Source: Acidobacteriota bacterium
GTDB taxonomy: Bacteria > Acidobacteriota > Aminicenantia > Aminicenantales > Saccharicenantaceae
Length of the DNA: 64,000 bases
Direction: 5' to 3'
Assembly (NCBI GenBank): GCA_039683095.1
Contig: JBDKSB010000010.1
Coordinates: forward strand, 14,709-78,708
Under the pieces are notes generated by a model. That model was not told the origin of the DNA, did no database searches, and was given only the letters and a program-made list of their open reading frames with translations. The position numbers and the translations under genes were made by a program. Positions within the stretch are counted from its first letter, which is position 1, and every line of letters starts with the position of its first letter. Shown here one piece after another: positions 57,681 through 64,000 of the stretch.

Positions 57681-59540
57681 TCAGGACTCCTTAGCCCCCG
57701 GCGGCCCCGCGGCGATCCGGCCCAGGGCCGCGGCACAGGCCTCGCGGACCTTCCGGCCCCGGGCGCCCCTGGCCAGGGCGGCCGCCGCCTCGGGCGTGCC
57801 CATGCCGGCCAGCCCCGCGACGGCGGCCAAGCGCATCTCCCGGCGCCCGGCCGACGGCAGCGGCGAACGGCGCCTGAGGGTCGCGCTCAGGAATTCCAGC
57901 GCCTCGGCGGACCGCGTCCGGCCGAGGAAGGATAGGATGGCCTGCTTTTCCTTGAGGCTCTTCTTGCGGAAAGCCGGAGCCGCCGCTTCTTCGATGAGGC
58001 GGCGGATCCGGGCCGTCTCGGCCAGCGGGTCGAGCATCAGGGCCGCCTGGATCCTGAGGCTTTCGTCAGGATCGTCCAGGAACCCGAAGAGGACCTGGTT
58101 GGCCCGGGGGCCGCGGGCCCGGCCGAGGGCTTGTATGGCTTCGAGCCGGAGGGCCCGGTTCTTGAACCGCTGGAAGCCCGACAGGTGGAGGAGGCCGGAT
58201 CCCCCGGGCAGGGCGGCGAGGAGCCCGATGATCTCTGCCGAGAGGTCCGGCCGGGCGTCGCCGGCCAGCCTGGCGAGCAGCCCCGGATCGGGACCGGCGG
58301 CTTCGCCGATGAACCCGAGGATCTGCTTCCTGACGTCCCGGTCGGCCTGCCGCTCGAACAGGGCCGCCGCGGTCGGCAGGGCCGCGGGCCCGGTCCGTCT
58401 GAGGAACTCGAGAAGCGCCGGCCAGGACACCTCGACGCTCGAGGTCAGGGCCTCGTCCACGGCCCTCAGGGTCCGCGGCCCCGACATCTCCTTCAGGGCG
58501 GCGTCGACCAGGACGGCCTTGGGCGAGCCGGAGGGGCCGATGTGGGCCCGGAGATCCTGGACCTCCCGGAGAACGGTGTTGGCCGCGGGGAACTTGCCGG
58601 CCCGGACCTGCTCGACCAGGAACTCCTTGAGGACGTCCAGGCCCGAAGCACAAGCGGCCGGATCCTCTTCGAGATAGACGACCTCGGCCGTCAGGCTGAC
58701 GAAATCCCCCTCGGGCCACAAGTGGCGGTTGGCCCGGATCATTTCCTCGACCTCCCGGGCGTCCCCCTCCGACAGTCCGGCGGGCGCCGCCACGGACGAG
58801 CCGGGCCCGAAGCCGGCTGATGATTCGGGAGCGGCGAGCGGGGCCTCCGCGGCCGGTCCCGGCGTTTCCCCGTCGGAGGACGGGACCGCGGGGCCGTGAT
58901 CGAGGCGGTCCCGATCGGCCGGCGTCAGCGCGATCCGGCCCTCGGCCAGGGAACCCTTGTCGACCTTGATCTCGAACGGCTCCCGGGCCGCATCGGGAAG
59001 CTCGGGGATGTTCTCCAGGGCCTCGATCTCGCGCCGCTCGGCCAGGATCCGGTTCTCCAGGAAGTCGTCCGGGGCGTAGTATTGGATGTCGGGGAAGTCG
59101 TTCTCCCAAAGGGCGGCGACGATGTCGTTCTCCTCGCCGGGACGCTGGGAGACGGTCTTGACGAGATCAAGGAATTCGGCGAGTTCCCGGCGGTCCAGGC
59201 CCGGGCGGAACGAGATCGACTCCATCCCGTCCTTGAAAAAGAAGAAGGGCAGGCTGCGGATGTTCGATTCGTCGAGATAGACGACCCGGTCGGCGCAGAC
59301 AAAGGCGTGCTCGCGGACATCGAGATCGAGCGGGCCGAAGCGGACGAAGAAGTCGTCGAACTTGGCCCCCAGGGCTTCGACGAAGCTCCTGACCGTGTCA
59401 TGGTCCGACGGATAGATCTTCATGGCCGAGACGGCATTGGCCATGGTCAGAAGGAGGTCTTTGGCCTTGCGGACGCAGAACTCCAGCTCCGATCTTTCGG
59501 CCGTGACGTCCCCCGACCGGGATCCTTGGCCTTCGTCCAT
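57681..59540 (-). CDS. Conserved N-domain + HEAT-like repeat protein (copy 1)
   Basis: 619 aa in three parts: an N-terminal block (AVSAMKIYPSDHD...LPFFFFKDG...IQYYAPDDFLENRI), a low-complexity P/A/G/S linker, and C-terminal HEAT-like repeats (RLEAIQALGRARGPRANQVLFGFLDDPDESLRIQAALML). Its stop lies 4 nt before the HD-GYP start. Confidence 0.7.
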   Translation of the reverse strand: MDEGQGSRSGDVTAERSELEFCVRKAKDLLLTMANAVSAMKIYPSDHDTVRSFVEALGAKFDDFFVRFGPLDLDVREHAFVCADRVVYLDESNIRSLPFFFFKDGMESISFRPGLDRRELAEFLDLVKTVSQRPGEENDIVAALWENDFPDIQYYAPDDFLENRILAERREIEALENIPELPDAAREPFEIKVDKGSLAEGRIALTPADRDRLDHGPAVPSSDGETPGPAAEAPLAAPESSAGFGPGSSVAAPAGLSEGDAREVEEMIRANRHLWPEGDFVSLTAEVVYLEEDPAACASGLDVLKEFLVEQVRAGKFPAANTVLREVQDLRAHIGPSGSPKAVLVDAALKEMSGPRTLRAVDEALTSSVEVSWPALLEFLRRTGPAALPTAAALFERQADRDVRKQILGFIGEAAGPDPGLLARLAGDARPDLSAEIIGLLAALPGGSGLLHLSGFQRFKNRALRLEAIQALGRARGPRANQVLFGFLDDPDESLRIQAALMLDPLAETARIRRLIEEAAAPAFRKKSLKEKQAILSFLGRTRSAEALEFLSATLRRRSPLPSAGRREMRLAAVAGLAGMGTPEAAAALARGARGRKVREACAAALGRIAAGPPGAKES

Positions 59541-59597
59541 GCTTCCCCTGTCCCAGGGCGGTTCCCGGTCTTCAGTTTATGGAAAAACGCCGCCGAG

Positions 59598-61103
59598 TCA
59601 AGCGGCGGCCGGCGGGCGGGTCGCGCTGGCGGCCTGGGCGAGGAAGTAGTCGGAAACGTCGATGCCGTACTTGGCCGGGTCGAGGGCCGCGGCGATGGTC
59701 CGGCGGAAGCGGCCGGTCGTCCCGGCCTGCTCGGCCAGATCGACGATCTCGCCGTCGATCTTGTTGCCGGCCGGATCGGTGATGAGCTTGACCGACGGCC
59801 TCAGGACGAGCCTGGGTTCGGGATTGAGGTCCTGGACGATGGCCAGCTCGCCGGTCGTCAGGGCCACCAGCGTGCCGATGGGGAAGACGCCCATCATGTT
59901 GACGAAGGCCTTGAGGATGACCGGATTGAACTCCGTGCCGCTCTGTTCCAGCATCAGGCTCAGGGCCTCGGCCCGGGTGAAGTCCCTGGCACGGTAAACG
60001 CGCCTGGTCGTGATGGCGTCGAAGACGTCGACTACCTTGACTATCTTGCTGAACAGGTTGATGTCGTCTTTTTTGAAATAGCGGGGATAGCCGGACAGGT
60101 CTTCTTTGATGTGGTGCTCCAGGGCCACGTGGATGGCCCGGAGCGGCAGGCGGCGGAACTCCTTGAGCAGGGCCAGCTTCTCGGCGCCGTGGAAGGGATG
60201 CTGCTCCATGATGTCCCGCTCGGCGTCGGTCAGCCGGCCCGGCTTGTTGAGGATGTCGAGCGGCGTCTCGGTCTTGCCCAGGTCGTGGAAGAAGGCGGCC
60301 ATGCCCAGGTCGACGAGCTCGGCCCGGCTCAGGCCGAGCCGGCGGCCTAGGGCGGTGGCCAGCAGGCAGACGTTGACCGAGTGGTTGAGCGTGTACTCGT
60401 CGTGGTTCTTGATGTTGGTCAGCCCGTAGACGAAGCCCTCGTCCTCGACGATGTGGTTGTAGATCGACTGCATCAGGCGCCGGGTGGTGCTGATCTTGAG
60501 GGGCTCGTTGCGCCGGTCGCGGGCGAACGATTCCTTGAGGTGGACGATGCTGAGGAAGAACAGCCGGGCCGAGCTCTGGTGGAGGCCCTGGGGCGCCTCC
60601 TCGGCCGAGAGTTTCTCGAGCTCGAAGTGCTCGATCCCGGCGGCCTCGAGGTCGGCCTGGAGGCGGGCGAAGGGATCCTCCTCCTTCTTGTCGCGCTTGG
60701 CGAAGACGGACATGAAGCCGTAGAGCTCGTCCAGGGTGATGCCGCGAAGGAAGGTCACGGCCTCGATGTTCCGCGCGCGGAACTCCTCAATGACGGACTT
60801 GAATATGCCGTAGGTCCCGACCCCGAACTTGAGCCGGACCCCGTTCAGCACGAGCGTGCCGTGGCGGACGCGCAGGGAGGCCTCCGGTTCGGCCGCCAGG
60901 ACAGAGGCCAGGGTCTCGAACAGCAGCCGGCCCTGGACCTGGAAGGCGTCGTTCCCGGTGTCGTAGATCTTGGCGATCTTGTCGACGATGTGGAAACGGG
61001 TCAGCAGCTCGAGGCCGGCCTTCTGCCGGGCCTTCGGGTCGGCCCCCGCAACCGGACCGGCCGATCCGCCCGAAACCGCGCGAACCCGGTCCTTCTCGTT
61101 CAT
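59598..61103 (-). CDS. HD-GYP domain c-di-GMP phosphodiesterase (copy 2)
   Basis: 501 aa with AAFFHDLGK and HHIKEDLSGYPRY. It is collinear with copy 1 along the whole length. Confidence 0.88.
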   Translation of the reverse strand: MNEKDRVRAVSGGSAGPVAGADPKARQKAGLELLTRFHIVDKIAKIYDTGNDAFQVQGRLLFETLASVLAAEPEASLRVRHGTLVLNGVRLKFGVGTYGIFKSVIEEFRARNIEAVTFLRGITLDELYGFMSVFAKRDKKEEDPFARLQADLEAAGIEHFELEKLSAEEAPQGLHQSSARLFFLSIVHLKESFARDRRNEPLKISTTRRLMQSIYNHIVEDEGFVYGLTNIKNHDEYTLNHSVNVCLLATALGRRLGLSRAELVDLGMAAFFHDLGKTETPLDILNKPGRLTDAERDIMEQHPFHGAEKLALLKEFRRLPLRAIHVALEHHIKEDLSGYPRYFKKDDINLFSKIVKVVDVFDAITTRRVYRARDFTRAEALSLMLEQSGTEFNPVILKAFVNMMGVFPIGTLVALTTGELAIVQDLNPEPRLVLRPSVKLITDPAGNKIDGEIVDLAEQAGTTGRFRRTIAAALDPAKYGIDVSDYFLAQAASATRPPAAA

Positions 61104-61112
61104 GCCCGCATC

Positions 61113-62957
61113 CTATCCCCGCGCCGTCCCGGCCGGGGGCAGTCGCATGAGCGCGGCCTGGCAGGCTTCGCGGACCTTGCGGGTCCGGCCGATGGCGCCC
61201 TGCTGGAGGGCCTCGAGGGCCTCCGGCGTGGCCATGCTCTCCAGCCCGGCCGCGGCGGCCAGGCGCGTCTCCAGGGCCGCCTTTGAGGCGAAGAGAGGGG
61301 CGCGGCGGAGCGTCCGCCTCAGGAACTCGAGGGCCTCGGGCGATCTCGTCCGGCCGAGAAAGACGAGCAGCGCTTCCTTCTCCTTGAGGCTCTTGGCCCG
61401 GAAGTCCCTTCCGGAGGCTTCGTCGAGGACCTGCCGGACGCGAACGCCGCCCCGGGCCGGATCGAGGGTCAGGATGGCCTGGATCCGGATCTCCTCGTCC
61501 GGGTCGTTGAGGAAACCGGCCAGGATTCGCGAGGCCGTTTCGTTCCGGGACCGGCTCAGGGTCCGGACGACCGCCGACTTGGTCTCGTTGTTGGGGAAGT
61601 TCAGGAAGGCCGCCAGATGGGGGATGCCGCGATCGCCCGGCAGCCGGGCCAGGATGCCGACGATCTCGCTGGCCAGGACGGGCCGGGTGCCGTCGGCCAG
61701 TCCGGCCAGCTGGGCGGGCTGGGCGGCGCCGGCCTTTTCGATGAAGTCGACGACCTTGTGCCGGGCCTGCCCGTCCGGTGCGATGTCATAGAGGTCGGCC
61801 GCCAGGCCGAGGGCGGACGGCCCGAGCAGGCCGAAGAAGCCGAGCAGGGACTCCCAGTCCATGGCCTTCTTCTGGGCCAGCAGGGCCTTGACGGCCTCGA
61901 TCGTCTTGGGACTGACCGTGCGGGCGAGGAAGTCGTCGAGGAGCGCCGCCTTGTCAGGGTTCCCGGCCAGGTGGCGGCTGAGCTCGTGGATCTTCTGGAT
62001 GATCAGCACGCCGACATCGAAATGGCCGCGCTGAAGCTGGTCGAAATGGTATTCCAGGAGGGCGTCCAGAGCGGCCCGGCCGTTGGCCGGGTTATCCTCC
62101 AGGTAAAGGATCTCGACCATGAGGTTGATGTACTCTTCCTGAGGCGAAATGGTCCGGTTGGCCCGGAGCATGGTCTCGAGCGAAAGCAGCTCGGCTTCGG
62201 TCAGGGTCGGGTCCATGGACGCGGCCGGGCTGAGGGGCCCTTTCTCCCCAGGCGGGGGATCGGCCGCCGTCCCGGCCCCGGCGGGCTCGGGGGAAGGCGC
62301 GATCCCGGCCTCATCGTCGCTGGCCGAGGCCCTGGCGATCTGCCCGCGGTCCTCCTGGTCGAGCTCGATCCGGCCCTGGGTCAGCTTGGACGTGTCCACC
62401 CGGACCTCGATCGTCTCCTGGGCCAGGTCGCCGGGCAGGCCGGGCATGGTCCGGACAGCCTGGGGATCGCGCGTCTCGCCCATGATCCGGTTCTCGAGGA
62501 ACTCGTCGGGCGCATAGTACTGGATGTTGGGGAAATCGCGTTCCCAGAGCGCGACGACGATGTCGGCGTCCTCGGCCGGCTTCTGAGCCTCGGCCTTGAT
62601 AAGCTCGAGGAACTCCAGGATCTCGGACCGGTCCAGCCCCTGGTAGAAGAAAAAGATCTGCAGGCCGTCCTTGAAGAAAAAGAACGGCAGGCTCTTGATG
62701 GCGACCTCGTCGGTGTAGACCGGCTTGCCCTCATAGGTGAAGGACCGTTCCTCGATCCCTATCTGGAGCTTCTGGTAGGCGTTCAGGAAAGCCGCGAATT
62801 TCTCCGCCAGCTGGTTGATGAACGCCGTCACCGTGGCGTGCTCGCTTGGGAATATCTTCATGGCCGAAACCGCATTGGCCAGGCCATGGAGAAGGTCCTT
62901 GACTTTGTCGATGCGGGCGATATCGACGGCGTCGGGCTGGACCGGATGCATATCCAC
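61113..62957 (-). CDS. Conserved N-domain + HEAT-like repeat protein (copy 2)
   Basis: 614 aa with AVSAMKIFPSEHA...LPFFFFKDG...IQYYAPDEFLENRI, a linker, and HEAT-like repeats (VRTLSRSRNETASRILAGFLNDPDEEIRIQAILTL). The start is GTG 62957 or ATG 62951. Confidence 0.7.
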   Translation of the reverse strand: MDMHPVQPDAVDIARIDKVKDLLHGLANAVSAMKIFPSEHATVTAFINQLAEKFAAFLNAYQKLQIGIEERSFTYEGKPVYTDEVAIKSLPFFFFKDGLQIFFFYQGLDRSEILEFLELIKAEAQKPAEDADIVVALWERDFPNIQYYAPDEFLENRIMGETRDPQAVRTMPGLPGDLAQETIEVRVDTSKLTQGRIELDQEDRGQIARASASDDEAGIAPSPEPAGAGTAADPPPGEKGPLSPAASMDPTLTEAELLSLETMLRANRTISPQEEYINLMVEILYLEDNPANGRAALDALLEYHFDQLQRGHFDVGVLIIQKIHELSRHLAGNPDKAALLDDFLARTVSPKTIEAVKALLAQKKAMDWESLLGFFGLLGPSALGLAADLYDIAPDGQARHKVVDFIEKAGAAQPAQLAGLADGTRPVLASEIVGILARLPGDRGIPHLAAFLNFPNNETKSAVVRTLSRSRNETASRILAGFLNDPDEEIRIQAILTLDPARGGVRVRQVLDEASGRDFRAKSLKEKEALLVFLGRTRSPEALEFLRRTLRRAPLFASKAALETRLAAAAGLESMATPEALEALQQGAIGRTRKVREACQAALMRLPPAGTARG

Positions 62958-63041
62958 CCCAGTTTAGCCAAATCAGGCCAGCCGTCAACCGATTTCGGGC
63001 GCGGCGGCCGGGGAGGGTCCCGGCCGGCCGCCAGGAGGACG

Positions 63042-64000
63042 TCAGCGGCGGCTCAGCACCCGGCGCTCGTAGGCCTCGGCCTCGCGCAGCCAGTCCTCTC
63101 CCGCGGGCACGCCGGCCTTCAGGCAGTAGGCGTCCCAGACCGGGCCGAAAGGCAGGCTCTTGAGGTCTTCTAGGAAGGCCAGGCGCTGCAGGGCCCTGGC
63201 CGGCCGGTCGAGCTCCCTGGCCTTGTCCGCGGGCTCGAGCAGGGCGATGAGCAGGCCCTTCAGCACCGACCGGGCCCCGAGCACCCAGGCCCCGATGCGG
63301 TTGAAGCTGGCGTCGAAGTAGTCGAGGGCGATGTGGATGCGGTCGAGGGCCTGGCTGCGGACGATCTCGGCGCAGAGGTCGCGGACCTCGTCGTTGAGCA
63401 GGACCACATGGTCGCTGTCCCAGCGCACGCCGCGGCTGACATGGAGCAGGATCTCGCCGGAGAATGGCAGGATGGCCGAGATCTTGTCGGCGACGGATTC
63501 GGTCGGGTGGAAATGGCCGAGGTCGAGACAGATGATCTTGCCGCGGGTCAGGGCATAGCCGAGGTAGAACTCGTGCGAACCGGCGACGAACGACTCGCTG
63601 CCGAGGCCGAAGAGCTTGCTCTCGACCGAGTCCTTCATCTGCTGGGGGCTGTATTCGACCTCGTAGATCTCGTCGAGCGACTTGAGCAGGGCGGCCCGGG
63701 CCCCCCAGCGGTCGGTCGGGACGTCCTTGGAGCCGTCGGGGATCCAGAGATTGTGGAGACAGGGGGACTGCTGCTCCCGTCCGATCGAGGCGGCGATCCT
63801 GCGGCAGCACTTGACGTGGTCGACCCAGAACTTGCGAATGCCGTTCTCCCGGCTGCTCAGGGTGTACCCCGAGACGGCCTTGGGGTGGGCGAAGCAGGTG
63901 GCGTTGAAGTCGATCTTCAGGCCGCGGCGCTTGGCCCATTCCGTCCAGCCGCGGAAGTGCTCCGGCTCGATGGCGTCGCGCTCGACGGGCCGTTCGCCGA
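63042..64000 (-). CDS. rhaA: L-rhamnose isomerase, 5' end outside window
   Basis: The frame is open to the window edge. The translation (WIPDGSKDVPTDR, VESKLFGLGSESFVAGSHEFYLGYA, CLDLGHFHPTE, LLHVSRGVRWDSDHVVLLNDE, LDYFDASFNRIGAWVLG) matches RhaA closely. Confidence 0.88.
   Translation of the reverse strand, partial: GERPVERDAIEPEHFRGWTEWAKRRGLKIDFNATCFAHPKAVSGYTLSSRENGIRKFWVDHVKCCRRIAASIGREQQSPCLHNLWIPDGSKDVPTDRWGARAALLKSLDEIYEVEYSPQQMKDSVESKLFGLGSESFVAGSHEFYLGYALTRGKIICLDLGHFHPTESVADKISAILPFSGEILLHVSRGVRWDSDHVVLLNDEVRDLCAEIVRSQALDRIHIALDYFDASFNRIGAWVLGARSVLKGLLIALLEPADKARELDRPARALQRLAFLEDLKSLPFGPVWDAYCLKAGVPAGEDWLREAEAYERRVLSRR

Larger units (their letters stand above)
56207..59540 (-). 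repeat. Diverged tandem segmental duplication, unit 1 (HEAT-repeat gene + HD-GYP gene)
   Basis: Same gene order and spacing as 59598-62957. DNA identity is still visible, e.g. a 30-nt identical run at 56942-56971 = 60360-60389, flanked by highly similar sequence. Confidence 0.6.
59598..62957 (-). repeat. Diverged tandem segmental duplication, unit 2 (HEAT-repeat gene + HD-GYP gene)
   Basis: Paralogous to 56207-59540; see unit 1. Confidence 0.6.

Overview
GC-rich bacterial chromosomal segment. Third codon positions are dominated by G/C, so long spurious antisense ORFs are common. The organism looks diderm: TonB-like protein, Skp/OmpH, a SPOR protein, GspG-type pseudopilins and several Tat signals. 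Lineage cannot be assigned from sequence alone. About 60 tightly packed CDS are supported, many joined by 1-4 nt stop/start overlaps.

Core content:
- gcvT-gcvH-gcvPA-gcvPB runs without a gap into glyQ-glyS (1-6993, plus strand).
- A long minus-strand string runs nfeD-SPFH-SPOR-prfB (classical +1 frameshift)-DUF1844-ribF-pyrR-pyrC-rnc (16049-23847).
- Also present: proS-pcm, rpsO-pnp, coaE and an HU/IHF gene.

I recognised no rRNA, tRNA, CRISPR array, transposase, integrase or phage genes. All intergenic gaps are under 250 nt.

Less ordinary content:
1. A tandemly duplicated two-gene cassette (HEAT-repeat protein + HD-GYP c-di-GMP phosphodiesterase, 56207-62957) sits between a GH78 rhamnosidase and rhaA.
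2. Three PilZ-type ORFs surround an Asp-less receiver/LuxR regulator that carries a VpsT-like W-L-P-R motif (24960-27152).
3. An operon encodes DUF362, a radical SAM enzyme with a Tat signal, and a fused membrane/spermidine-synthase-like protein (9771-13926).
4. An operon holds three alkaline-phosphatase-superfamily paralogs predicted for three different compartments, plus a small RHH-like protein and a membrane protein (45415-51897).
5. Three pseudopilin genes with long overlapping leaders occur without any secretion machinery.

No defence system or mobile element is evident. The c-di-GMP cassette and the Tat radical SAM operon are my best candidates for undescribed biology.

All family calls come from motif recognition by eye in the supplied translations. 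No searches were run.
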